From a virus (taxonomy: Duplodnaviria; Caudoviricetes), in IMG/VR virus record IMGVR_UViG_3300047160_007019, positions 1 to 64,000 of that record: a stretch of 64,000 bases of DNA; one strand, given 5' to 3'. Below the pieces are notes generated by a model. The model was not told where the DNA came from and made no database searches. It saw only the letters and a list, made by a program, of their open reading frames with translations. Shown piece after piece: positions 31,129 to 40,232 of this stretch. How positions within the stretch are numbered: position 1 is the first letter of the stretch; each line of letters opens with the position of its first letter. The translations under genes were made by a program, and so were the position numbers.

Positions 31129-32019
31129 TCAGCCTCTCGGTTGTGCAGGATTGGTGTGGCCCGCCTGGATAAGCCGGATGTTCTTCACGTCCTGATCCAG
31201 GTTCTTCATGTACTCCAGGTAAAAGGCTTGGGCCATCTGCATATCGCCGTCTTTGCCGCGACGCTGATACGCCTGATAGACGATGAACAGGTAGGCCGCC
31301 TCGGCATACAGGTCAGGCAGCGGGAACTTGTCGGAGAAGGTGAGCAGCGTTCCCGACGGGATGTTGTACTGCTGGATGTTGTTGCTCAGCGTCACCGATA
31401 CGCCAGCAACGATCGAAAGGACGGTGGTGGCAGGAACCACTGGACCGCCGGTGAGCTGGCCGAATGGCACTGGGTCGCACCACATGCCTACTGTTACCCC
31501 TGCCGTGTTGGTCATCGGTATGACGGCTTGGCCAGCATTCGCCACGCCCGTCGTATAGAGCTGGACGGCGGTGGCATCGTCCGGAACCTGCTGGTAGACC
31601 AACTGGATGTATCCAGGGACTGCAGGCTGCGGCGGCGACACGTAGAAGCGCTTGGGGTCGTTCGGGTCCGCCATGTAGTTTCGCGTGCGTGTCGATGGCG
31701 GTTGTTGCGCCCAGTTCGGACGGCCGCGGCGGAACGTCTCGAAGTCGGCTTCGCGGATGCCGTATCCAGGCACTCCACTGGAATTGGTGTTGAAGGGGAT
31801 GTCCACCAGCGCCACTGCGTCGCCAGGCAGGTTCTGTAGCGCCCCGGCAGCACACAGGAACGGTACGTTCATCATGCTCGCCTTGGGATCAAGCTGCACG
31901 ATGTCAGCCACCCCGGCGTTCATGTTTTTCAAGTGTTCGATGAAGGCCCAGCGGTCGTTCGTCTCGTCGTAGAGCACCTTGCTGGCCCTGGCGATGACGT
32001 TGGCGGATGAGACAGGCAT
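31129..32019 (-). CDS. head-tail adaptor (tail tubular protein A-like), paralog 1
   Basis: VLYDETNDRW..EHL..MN; KRFYVSPP. Confidence 0.65.
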   Translation of the reverse strand: MPVSSANVIARASKVLYDETNDRWAFIEHLKNMNAGVADIVQLDPKASMMNVPFLCAAGALQNLPGDAVALVDIPFNTNSSGVPGYGIREADFETFRRGRPNWAQQPPSTRTRNYMADPNDPKRFYVSPPQPAVPGYIQLVYQQVPDDATAVQLYTTGVANAGQAVIPMTNTAGVTVGMWCDPVPFGQLTGGPVVPATTVLSIVAGVSVTLSNNIQQYNIPSGTLLTFSDKFPLPDLYAEAAYLFIVYQAYQRRGKDGDMQMAQAFYLEYMKNLDQDVKNIRLIQAGHTNPAQPRG

Positions 32020-32022
32020 GGC

Positions 32023-32709
32023 TTACTGAACCTCCGTCGGTTTCTCGCCTGCCTGCGACACAGTGCGGCCGGTGATGAGAGAAACGCCCTGCTGCATAAA
32101 GGCCTGGAACTTCTGGGCGTCGTATCGAGCGGTCTGCTTGCCGTAGCAGAAGGCAACGCCTATGGCGTGTAACGCAGCCAGATAGGTGTCATCCACCACC
32201 AAATCAGTGGCGTCGCTCGTCAGCGCCGGTGGCACTGCGGCGTACTGGCAGTTCAGGGTGCCACTGCCGTTGTTGGCCGGCGATACCATGAACTGCTTGG
32301 GGATGCGCTCGTCGTAGAACCAACGACGTACCAGCGCCTGCTCTCCTGCCGTGGCCTGCCACCCGTAGGGAACACTCAGGCCCTTGTGATCCAGGGACTC
32401 GCGGTCAATCATCTGGACCGTGCTGCCATCGGCACCGTTGCTGTAGATGTCGATGACCTGGGTCCCAACCGGCAGGCTGCCGCTGTTTCCGGCGATAGGC
32501 AATGCCTGCATGGCCCCTGCCGCCAGCGGGATCGTCTCGAACACCGTGTAGGCGTCCGGCTTGATCTGGCAGACGATCTTCTGCGCCTCGTCCACGTAGC
32601 TCAGCAGCTCCGAATCCGCGAACGCCGGGTTGCCCCCGGTAGGAGGCGATGCCGGGTCGTTCATGGTCAAGCGGATCTGCGCGATCACCGTGCTGGCAGG
32701 CAGGGCCAT
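32023..32709 (-). CDS. head-tail adaptor-like, paralog 2
   Basis: ELLSYVDEAQ..VCQIKPDA; KQFMVSPA. Confidence 0.65.
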   Translation of the reverse strand: MALPASTVIAQIRLTMNDPASPPTGGNPAFADSELLSYVDEAQKIVCQIKPDAYTVFETIPLAAGAMQALPIAGNSGSLPVGTQVIDIYSNGADGSTVQMIDRESLDHKGLSVPYGWQATAGEQALVRRWFYDERIPKQFMVSPANNGSGTLNCQYAAVPPALTSDATDLVVDDTYLAALHAIGVAFCYGKQTARYDAQKFQAFMQQGVSLITGRTVSQAGEKPTEVQ

Positions 32710-32712
32710 GGA

Positions 32713-33390
32713 TCACTCCATGGCCGGGATGGCAGGGCGGGGCTTGGCCTGCGGCTGTACCACTTGACCGCCTGGCGCAGCGGCGACCGGCCGGGGGCGC
32801 GCGACAGGCGCTGGAGCGGTTGGGGTAGGCGCAGCGGCAACCGGCAACTGCACGCCCAGCATTTCCGCGAGGTCGACGCGCATCTGATCGTCGGTCTGGT
32901 TCCAGTCCCAGTCGTTCAGGTGGAGTTCATCGCGGATGTACGCCACCATGTCATCCCGGCTTGCGGTGGACAGGTAGAAGGTGTCTCCGCCTTCCTCCTG
33001 TTGCACGAAGTCGCTCATCAGCATCTCGGCTGCGAGGTTCTCGTCGGTGACATCGTGGATGGCGTTCTGCGCTTCTTGCGCAGCCTTGATCTTCGCTGCT
33101 GCCTCCTCCTGCTGCTGTTTCTTGAACTGGTTGGCGGCCGCCGACCGCTGGGCCTCCTGTAGCAGACGCTGGCGCGTCATGGCGTTGAGGCGGTTCAGGT
33201 AGCTGGAGGGAAGGGCCTGCACGCACCGCAACTTCTTCTTGGTGTGCTGGTCGACATCCCACACGTCCTGGTTGAAGGCCAGGATCATACCGTCGGCCCG
33301 GATCATGAACATCGGATTCCTCACCGTGGTCGGCGCGTGGTTGGCGACCAGGGGAATGACGCCTCCCTGTTTCACATTCAATGGTTGCAT
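32713..33390 (-). CDS. hypothetical protein
   Basis: ORF downstream of capsid. Confidence 0.6.
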   Translation of the reverse strand: MQPLNVKQGGVIPLVANHAPTTVRNPMFMIRADGMILAFNQDVWDVDQHTKKKLRCVQALPSSYLNRLNAMTRQRLLQEAQRSAAANQFKKQQQEEAAAKIKAAQEAQNAIHDVTDENLAAEMLMSDFVQQEEGGDTFYLSTASRDDMVAYIRDELHLNDWDWNQTDDQMRVDLAEMLGVQLPVAAAPTPTAPAPVARPRPVAAAPGGQVVQPQAKPRPAIPAME

Positions 33391-33471
33391 CGGTGACTCT
33401 CCTTCTTAAACTCGGATGTGACAGCCGCCCAGCCGATGTTCTGGCCGGGCGGCTGCTGTTACAGGTACTGC

Positions 33472-33684
33472 TTACCGGTTGCCGCCGCCGGTGTTGGGAC
33501 CGGTCGGCGTCACTTCGGTGTTGTCGCTTCCCATGTCATAGGGAGCCGACTTGCCGCGGAAGCCCGACGGCTTGTCGTCCACCCCGAAGGGCTTGGACAT
33601 CGCCTGGCCATTCACCGTCTTCTTGTCGACCCCGGAGTGGGCATCGGCAGGGAAGCCGTCCTTCTGGTTCTCTGCGTACTTCAT
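33472..33684 (-). CDS. small hypothetical protein after capsid
   Basis: ORF with SD (AAGGAG). Confidence 0.6.
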   Translation of the reverse strand: MKYAENQKDGFPADAHSGVDKKTVNGQAMSKPFGVDDKPSGFRGKSAPYDMGSDNTEVTPTGPNTGGGNR

Positions 33685-33713
33685 GGCTTACTCCTTAGCG
33701 CTATTCGCGCCGG

Positions 33714-34523
33714 TTAGATGCCGCTGTAGGTGACGTATCCCACCGCGATGTACGTCGGCTCCACCACGTCGAAGCCCCACAGGCACTGGCCGCGGAAAGC
33801 GGTCCCGAACTTGTTGGGCAGGCGGATGAACTCGGGCAGCATGTACTGCATTGCCCAGGTCAGGCCGTCGGGGTGGATGACCAGCACGTTCTCGCAGATC
33901 GGGTTGCCGGTCGAGCTGTCCACGTACTGCGGCAGGAAGGTGGACTCGAACAACTCCATGCCGTCGAACGGCCCGATGTAGCCCGTCCGGATGCCGCCCT
34001 CGCGGTCGCCGGTGACGTTGGCGGCCTGGAGGTTGGTCTGCATCAGCAGCTCTCGGTACGACGGCCCGATAACGACCTTCAGGCCCTCGGTGTAGACGTT
34101 GAGCTGCGTCAGCACGCGCTTCATCTTGAGCAGGAAGCTCTGCGCGTTGGACGTGGAGATGGATACCGGCGCACCGGCCGCCCCCAGGTTCGTGTCGGCG
34201 TTGATGCCCGCCGTCGCGCCCTGGTTGGTGGTGGCTACCTGCGCCGGGATGCCGGCGAGGATGGTCTTGTCCTGCTGGATCGAGATTTGCCGGACAGCAT
34301 CGTCCGACAGGCGCTCGAAGTTGTTGTTGATCGCCTGGTAGGCGTCCACGTCCTCGTAAACGAAGGCGTAGCCGTGGCGCTGGTTGATGTACAACTGCGC
34401 CGCGGGCGTCGTCGGGGTCGTGTAGGCGCCCTGCGCCACAAGGTCGAAGTCCTTGTCGGCGAAGAAGACCTGCACGGTCGGCGTGCGCGGGATGATGACG
34501 GATTGACCGTACTCGCGGATTTC
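33714..34523 (-). CDS. major capsid protein, exon 3 (269 aa)
   Basis: EIREYGQSVII...INQRHGYAFVYEDVD...F....RGQCLWG; begins right after intron-2 terminal G. Confidence 0.85.
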   Translation of the reverse strand, partial: EIREYGQSVIIPRTPTVQVFFADKDFDLVAQGAYTTPTTPAAQLYINQRHGYAFVYEDVDAYQAINNNFERLSDDAVRQISIQQDKTILAGIPAQVATTNQGATAGINADTNLGAAGAPVSISTSNAQSFLLKMKRVLTQLNVYTEGLKVVIGPSYRELLMQTNLQAANVTGDREGGIRTGYIGPFDGMELFESTFLPQYVDSSTGNPICENVLVIHPDGLTWAMQYMLPEFIRLPNKFGTAFRGQCLWGFDVVEPTYIAVGYVTYSGI

Positions 34524-35238
34524 CGTTTTCTTCATGTCCATGGTTCTTTATCCATGGCTCCTGCCGCTTTCGTCGGCAGACGAGACTATCTCTTTAGGCC
34601 GGTAGCGAATCACAGTGCCGAGACCCTGTTGAATCGCGTGTAGGCGCGCGTGTTGCTTTCTTGGCATCACTTCCAGATTTTCCGGAATGTTGTTGACCTT
34701 GTTTTCGTCGTCGTGATGGGCGACTTCCTCTTTGGTCAACGGACGGCCGAGCTTGCGCTCAGCGATGATGCGATGCTCGCGCACGTAACCCTTGGAGTCT
34801 GCCTCCGGGTGATCCGGCATCTGGATCATCCGGTAGCCGTTCCAGGTCGTGATGAAGCCGACATGGTAGGGGTCCTTGAATGGAATCCCCGCCGCGCGTG
34901 CGTGCTTCTTCACGGTGCCTGGATCAAGGCCGAGTTGCTTCGCAGCCTTCGGCGCAGACATTCCGCTCAGCGCCATGGCTTTGATTTTCTCGACAATCTC
35001 CGGTGTTACTTTCCTATTCATGTTTTTGGCCTATCCCGTTTTCGTGGCGCTATACCGTCCGGTCTGGACTCCATGCGCTAGTCGTTGAACCTTCGCCGCA
35101 TTCCTGCGGCGCTTGGCTGCTGATTGCCCAATCCGAACATTTTTCAGACCGTCGCGCTTGCCATTGCTGGCTACGCTGTGGTGTATTCGGCTCTGAGGGG
35201 TTTCCAGCAATTTACGGGATTTAACGAAGGCTAATTCA
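34524..35238 (-). ncRNA. group I intron 2 (IA-like) in major capsid gene, ORF-containing
   Basis: P1 GAAGGU/GCCUUC with U.G pair; P3 UCCCGU/ACGGGA; P7 GACUA/UAGUC; P8 UAGGCC/GGCCUA; P9 hairpins; terminal G at 34524. Confidence 0.9.
34548..35021 (-). CDS. intron-encoded HNH homing endonuclease (N-terminal HTH-like region + HNH_3-type domain)
   Basis: YVREHRIIAE..LGRPL...AHHDDENKVNN..ENL; lies in P8 loop of intron 2. Confidence 0.9.
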   Translation of the reverse strand: MNRKVTPEIVEKIKAMALSGMSAPKAAKQLGLDPGTVKKHARAAGIPFKDPYHVGFITTWNGYRMIQMPDHPEADSKGYVREHRIIAERKLGRPLTKEEVAHHDDENKVNNIPENLEVMPRKQHARLHAIQQGLGTVIRYRPKEIVSSADESGRSHG

Positions 35239-35247
35239 ACCTTCCCA
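35239..35247 (-). CDS. major capsid protein, exon 2 (9-nt micro-exon, W-E-G)
   Basis: TGGGAAGGT; restores ICNNT-WEG-EI in frame. Confidence 0.8.
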
Positions 35248-35564
35248 CAGGTCGTGTTACCCATCGGGCTTTTTATCCCGATGTTCTGCGACTCTCGCCG
35301 CAGATCAGCATATTTCTTCATCCCCTTGTGATGGGGAGCCGCGCACTCGTGGACCTTCATAGTCCGGTCTGGACCGTATGGCCTATGCGTTGAACCTTCC
35401 GGCCATTCCTGGTCGGCTTGGCTGCAGATTGCCCATTCCGGCGTGCACGCCGAATCCACGATCTTTTCGACCGTCGCATTTGTTCTTACGAACTGTGCTG
35501 TGGTGACCATGGCTTTAGGGTTTTCCTGTCAGTTCACGCGGTTTTTCAACACCTGGGTTAGTTA
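35248..35564 (-). ncRNA. group I intron 1 (IA-like) in major capsid gene, ORF-less
   Basis: P1 CAACACU/GGUGUUG with U.G pair; P10 CCCA/UGGG; P3 CCGCGU/GCGCGG; P7 GCAUA/UAUGC; P9 with GAGA loop; terminal G at 35248. Confidence 0.9.
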
Positions 35565-35711
35565 AGTGTTGTTGCAGATTTCCGCTGCAATAACTTTTCC
35601 GTAGTGCTTCACAGTGCACGTTGTCGACCACAAGGTCGGCAGCAGCGCACCGTTGGCAATCGTTGAAACGTCGGGGTACTGGGACCCCGGAACAATTGGC
35701 AATGCGGCCAC
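35565..35711 (-). CDS. major capsid protein, exon 1 (49 aa)
   Basis: GTG start with AGAGGA SD; LLPTLWS..HYGKVIAAEICNNT then in-frame TAA at intron start. Confidence 0.85.
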
Positions 35712-35766
35712 GTTTGTTTCCTCTTTGGTTCAGAAGTGGTTGAGCGCGCCTGCCATGGACTGGGTA

Positions 35767-36876
35767 TTACCCAGGCCCGATCCGCCCTGCGGCGGCGGCG
35801 GCGCGGATGCGTTCGTGAATCTGGTGCACCTCCCGACCGCGACCCATGTATTTGCCGTGTGTCACGTCCTGTTGGAACTTGAGCACTTGCGATTCCGTGA
35901 AGTCGTACTGCGGTGCCGGTGGCGCTGGATCTTCGCCGGCCGGTCGACCCTCTGGAATCTGGCGACTGTGGGGTTGCGGTTGTGGGGATGCGTGCTGTCC
36001 CACGCTTCGCAAAAACTCTTGCAGCATGTCAACGACCGTGGCGGAATCCAGGGCGGATTGGGCCTCCTGCAGCAGTTGGCCGCGGGTCTTGCCGTACACC
36101 TTGGTTTCCAGCCATGCAGCGAAGCGGTAATCGACCTTGATGCCCTTCTCGTCGTCCCTGAGCGCCCAGGTTTCCCACCCCGGCACGCCCAGAGATAGCG
36201 CGTCGATGAACTCCTGCTCGCGCCGCACCTGTGCTTGATGAGCGGTCTGTTGCTGCGACTGGCGGGTCTGCTGCAACTGCTGCTCCAGCGGCTTCACCCT
36301 GGCTTCCACCAAGGCATTGATCTGTGCAGCGTTGCTTTGCTGCACGACCTTGAGCCGCTTCTCCAGGACTTCATACCCTTCGGTTTCGATTTCCTCGGGG
36401 CTGTAGTAGTCCTCGACCTTCATCACCGGCGGCGGTGGGCGGGTCAATTCGGCGATCTGTTGCGTCAGCCGCGTGTGGTCTTCCCGCAGCCTGCGCTCGC
36501 TGTCCTGGGAAGCGGCAAGCTGCCGTTCCAGGGCCTGGCGCGAGGTTGCATTGGCTACCTGTACGCCCTCGATGGTCCGTAGACGCTGGAGAAGATTGGC
36601 GGGGTCCAGTTCGTTCTGCGGAGCAGGCGGAAGCCCGACGGGTGCTGGCGGAGCGGCGACAACCGGGGCTGGTGGAGCTGGAGCCAATGGCGGAGGCGTC
36701 AGCAGGTCCACGACCGTGGGCGATGGGGCAGGGGAAGGAACCGGCGCGGCCGGCGGATTGGCCGCGAACTGCTGCGGCCGTGGAGGGGCAATCGGGGTCG
36801 CTGCGGCCTGTGCTTTCAAGGTCGCCAACTTCGCCCGTTCAGCGTTCAACATCTGTTGCGTTGCCTGGGATGGCAT
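35767..36876 (-). CDS. capsid scaffolding protein
   Basis: Pro-rich + coiled coil, between portal and capsid; C-terminal A...GRI. Confidence 0.75.
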   Translation of the reverse strand: MPSQATQQMLNAERAKLATLKAQAAATPIAPPRPQQFAANPPAAPVPSPAPSPTVVDLLTPPPLAPAPPAPVVAAPPAPVGLPPAPQNELDPANLLQRLRTIEGVQVANATSRQALERQLAASQDSERRLREDHTRLTQQIAELTRPPPPVMKVEDYYSPEEIETEGYEVLEKRLKVVQQSNAAQINALVEARVKPLEQQLQQTRQSQQQTAHQAQVRREQEFIDALSLGVPGWETWALRDDEKGIKVDYRFAAWLETKVYGKTRGQLLQEAQSALDSATVVDMLQEFLRSVGQHASPQPQPHSRQIPEGRPAGEDPAPPAPQYDFTESQVLKFQQDVTHGKYMGRGREVHQIHERIRAAAAAGRIGPG

Positions 36877-37028
36877 ATTTCAAGTCCTCATCCACTCCGA
36901 ACTACCCGTTCCCTGAGCTCGTGCCTGGGCGCCGCCTGATCCGGGGCGGTCCAGTCGCACGGCGGCTCGGGGCCGGCTACGGGCGGTGGAAGCGTTACGA
37001 CCGAACGGCGGTCGCGGTCCGTGGGCCT

Positions 37029-37331
37029 TCACCGTTTGGCGAAGTGCGGGTTGTCCCGCTGCCCGAAGTTGATGTCCACGGTCGGACGTGCTGCCGGCGC
37101 CGTGGGGGGCTGCAAAGTCTTGACAGCGATGTCTTCCAGCGTCAGGAAGGCGTGCAGTACCTGCGCGCCGCCCTGGACGCGGTACAGGTTCGGCCCTTCG
37201 ATTTCCCGAAGAACCTTCTGCGTCTCGTCCTGCATGTCCTGGAAGATTCCGCATAGGGTCTTAAAGTCCAGGTTGGTCTGGAGCCGGCGCACCGCTGCCG
37301 CCTGCTCCGCTGAGAGCTTGATCTGGAACAT
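37029..37331 (-). CDS. hypothetical protein (LYRVQG motif, typical between portal and scaffold)
   Basis: likely start MFQIKL at 37331. Confidence 0.65.
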   Translation of the reverse strand: MFQIKLSAEQAAAVRRLQTNLDFKTLCGIFQDMQDETQKVLREIEGPNLYRVQGGAQVLHAFLTLEDIAVKTLQPPTAPAARPTVDINFGQRDNPHFAKR

Positions 37332-39951
37332 ACGAATAGGTGTCCTCGTCCTGCTGTTGCTGATCTGCGCCCGGCAGCATCGGGACCGCGCCGGAGTAGT
37401 AGCCGACACCGCCATCCGGGTTCACCGACATGCCGCGGCGGATGTTCGCCACGTTGATCGCGGTACGGTTCTTTTCCTGGTCTGCCTTGGTCTTCTGCGC
37501 CAGCTTCGCGCCCTCGATCTTCTCTCGGCTCTTGTCGTGCGCCTGGTGGGTGAGCGCCTGGAGTTGAGCCGGGTTCGGTGGCGGGTTGGCCATCCGCTGT
37601 TCGATCTTGGCGATGGCCTTCTGCAGGTCCGCGCCTTGGGGGATGAAGTCGGCGGGAAAATGGAGGCCCTTGAAGTAGTCGCGCAGCACGTCGGCGATCT
37701 TGTCCATGCCGGCGAGCTGCTGCACCAGTGGATTTGACAGAACCAGTTGCATGCCCTGCTGGCGTCCCTGCTGCATCTGCTCCTTGATGAGCAAGGCAGC
37801 AGACCCCTTGGGGACCACGTTGCAGTCGCCCTTGATCTGCGGATCGTCGACGTGGAGCATGCACCACACGAACACGTCATAGACCGTCTCGGCCAGCACC
37901 TTCATGTCGATGTTGTTGATGGCTCGGCGGATGCGCCGTGCAGCTGCGCCCATCAGCATGGACAGGCCACCCATCGTCGCGCCAGCGCCAGCCACCTTCT
38001 CGTCGCCGTAGCTGTAACGCGGTATGCCAGTGGCGTCATCGGCGTCACCCATGAACGCCTGGTAGATTTGCAGAAGTTCCGATGCGATGGATTGCGGTTG
38101 GAAGAACTGGATTGGCACCGCAGCTGCGCCAGTCTGCCCCGTCTCCGGCTTGTTGAACTGCCAGATTTTCCATGGGAACATCTGCGTGATGGATTCATTC
38201 GGTGGCAGGCGGTCGCTGTTGATGCCAACCTGCGGGCCGGAGGCGATGCCCATGTTGTTGATAAGCGCGCGCGCTGCAGCGTTGCAGGCGTCCTGCTGAC
38301 TGGCGCAGAGCTCTGGGACAGCACGGCCCCAGATGGAACCCGGAATCTCCTCGAACGAGGCATGGTGATACGGCCGACGGCCCAGCGGGTCATCGTTGAT
38401 CGTGCAGTACACGACGCGGGTGCCAATCAGGATGGCCGACACCTGATAGCGCCTCTCCGGGTCCAGGCCGGCAGGGTCGTTGGTCTTGACGCCCCAGTTC
38501 ATCAACTTGCGTCCCTCGATCGCGCCCCAGTAGTGCAGGGCGTCGATCAGGTCATCCTTGCAGAACCAGTCGAACGTGGTGTCGTTCTCCAGGCGGGCGC
38601 GCTCGGCATCGGTCCAGATCCAGTTGCGCAGCAGACCGCCTTGGTGCTGGTTGCAGGCCCAGCGGATGGCTTCCTCGTCGTAGCCGTCAACGCCGATGCA
38701 CTCGTACAACTCCTCGTAGTTCAGGCGCAGGCGTTCGATAAAGTCACGGTCCTGGCAATTGCGCGCCAGCGGAGCGGGGTACACGTCGAACGGGGATACC
38801 GGCTTCCAGAACAGACGCGGTGCCGTCTCCACCATGGGCTTCCATTCGGAGCTGCTGCCGACTGGCATGATCCACTTGAGCTGCTTGCTGTTCTTCGTGT
38901 ACGGCCCTTTCAAGAAGGCCGTGGGGTAGGTCGAGAAATACTCGATGAACTCCGCGAAAGAACCGTCGAAGTTGCCGTCGTCCATCTGCTGAAAGACGCA
39001 CTCCTCCATCTTGTCGGCGGCCACGCGAGCGCGACGGCGGGTCGCCATCTTCACGTCGTCTTCCATTTGATCGGAGATAGTGAAGATCAGGTCGCGGTAG
39101 GAGTCTCGGTCCATCGCCGGACCGCCCTGCTGGAATGCCTCCACCATGATCTGCTGCGCACGCTGACTCGCGGCTTGCTTGATGATCTCTCGCACTTCGG
39201 GTGGCAGTTGCGGCAGATGACGGGGCTCCAGGCCGCAGGGACGGTCGCCCGGCGCCAGCAGAATCTCCTTCATCCAACTCGCCAGCGCCGCGCACTTGGT
39301 GCTGGACACGTTCATGTAGATCGTGCTGTTCGCGCCGCTGCGCTGAATCTCCGCCATCTCGGAGATGGAGTACACGCTCTTGCGCGCCCGCAAGCATTGA
39401 AGCAGGCGACCGTCGGTGATCTGCTTGGAGAGCTTGTTACGCTCCCAGCTGTACTTGATCTGGCCGCCGATCAGAGAGTGTCGCACGGCCTGCAGGTCGA
39501 ACTGCTCGGCACCAGCCTCCTCAACTTTCACGTCACCGGGCATGGACGTGATGTAGTTGGGACCGGTGTGCGGAGTCTTACCGGCCTCGTTGGCGGCGAA
39601 CTGGTCGTTCGGACGCGTGCTTTCGTCGCTGCCTGGGTTACGTACAGGCTGGTCCATCGGACCCATCGGGCGGATGCCTGGAGCGTCGCCAGGTCCTGCG
39701 CCGGCACCAGTGTTGGGTCCGGAGCCGAAGCGGCCTTCGCTCGCCTGGGAGGCGCGCACGGATGAATTCTGTCCAGGGCCGGGCTGGAAGCGAGAGTTGA
39801 TCGTTTTCTGCACCGAGTCCTGCGCGCCGCGGCCGAAGCGCGCATTGATCCCGCCACCACCCTTGAAGGTGGCCTGGGAGGCGTTCTGGATGCTCTCCGG
39901 GCCTTGGCGGCCGAAGCGCGAGGTGCCTTGCATGTTTTGGATATTGTCCAT
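37261..39951 (-). CDS. portal protein
   Basis: PVSPFDVYPAP, RPYHHASFEEIPGSIWG, INNMGIASGPQ, TMGGLSMLM; follows terminase cluster. Confidence 0.85.
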   Translation of the reverse strand: MDNIQNMQGTSRFGRQGPESIQNASQATFKGGGGINARFGRGAQDSVQKTINSRFQPGPGQNSSVRASQASEGRFGSGPNTGAGAGPGDAPGIRPMGPMDQPVRNPGSDESTRPNDQFAANEAGKTPHTGPNYITSMPGDVKVEEAGAEQFDLQAVRHSLIGGQIKYSWERNKLSKQITDGRLLQCLRARKSVYSISEMAEIQRSGANSTIYMNVSSTKCAALASWMKEILLAPGDRPCGLEPRHLPQLPPEVREIIKQAASQRAQQIMVEAFQQGGPAMDRDSYRDLIFTISDQMEDDVKMATRRRARVAADKMEECVFQQMDDGNFDGSFAEFIEYFSTYPTAFLKGPYTKNSKQLKWIMPVGSSSEWKPMVETAPRLFWKPVSPFDVYPAPLARNCQDRDFIERLRLNYEELYECIGVDGYDEEAIRWACNQHQGGLLRNWIWTDAERARLENDTTFDWFCKDDLIDALHYWGAIEGRKLMNWGVKTNDPAGLDPERRYQVSAILIGTRVVYCTINDDPLGRRPYHHASFEEIPGSIWGRAVPELCASQQDACNAAARALINNMGIASGPQVGINSDRLPPNESITQMFPWKIWQFNKPETGQTGAAAVPIQFFQPQSIASELLQIYQAFMGDADDATGIPRYSYGDEKVAGAGATMGGLSMLMGAAARRIRRAINNIDMKVLAETVYDVFVWCMLHVDDPQIKGDCNVVPKGSAALLIKEQMQQGRQQGMQLVLSNPLVQQLAGMDKIADVLRDYFKGLHFPADFIPQGADLQKAIAKIEQRMANPPPNPAQLQALTHQAHDKSREKIEGAKLAQKTKADQEKNRTAINVANIRRGMSVNPDGGVGYYSGAVPMLPGADQQQQDEDTYSYVPDQALSGAGGSGAPAPDQPGL

Positions 39952-39965
39952 TCGTTACCCCGCGC

Positions 39966-40232
39966 TCATTCTTCTTCTCCGCCGTCGCACTCTTTGCAAA
40001 TGCGACGTTGAAGCAGGGAGGCTCCGGCCAGGATGGTGAAACGCTCGACGCCACGGGCCTGCCAGTCGGTGGTGATGCTGCCGATCCTGTCCACCTTGAC
40101 CACGGCGATTCCCTGGAGTGATCCGGTCAGGGCCTCTTGCATCAGGCGGTCGATGAACGCCACCACGTCGGGGTTGGGAGACGTTCCCTCCGCTGGCGGA
40201 ATGGCGCCGCGAATTCCGACTACTTGGCTCAC
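39966..40232 (-). CDS. hypothetical protein
   Basis: ORF. Confidence 0.55.
   Translation of the reverse strand: MSQVVGIRGAIPPAEGTSPNPDVVAFIDRLMQEALTGSLQGIAVVKVDRIGSITTDWQARGVERFTILAGASLLQRRICKECDGGEEE

Noticed and set aside
34524-34541. MDMKKT start of the 275-aa capsid ORF in the track
   Set aside because: These codons are the intron-2 3' end (P9.1 and terminal G); the N-terminal capsid motif is in exons 1 and 2
35031-35510. 159-aa ORF spanning the capsid interruption
   Set aside because: It reads through the catalytic cores of both introns and the micro-exon out of frame; the RNA structure explains the sequence and there is no protein motif
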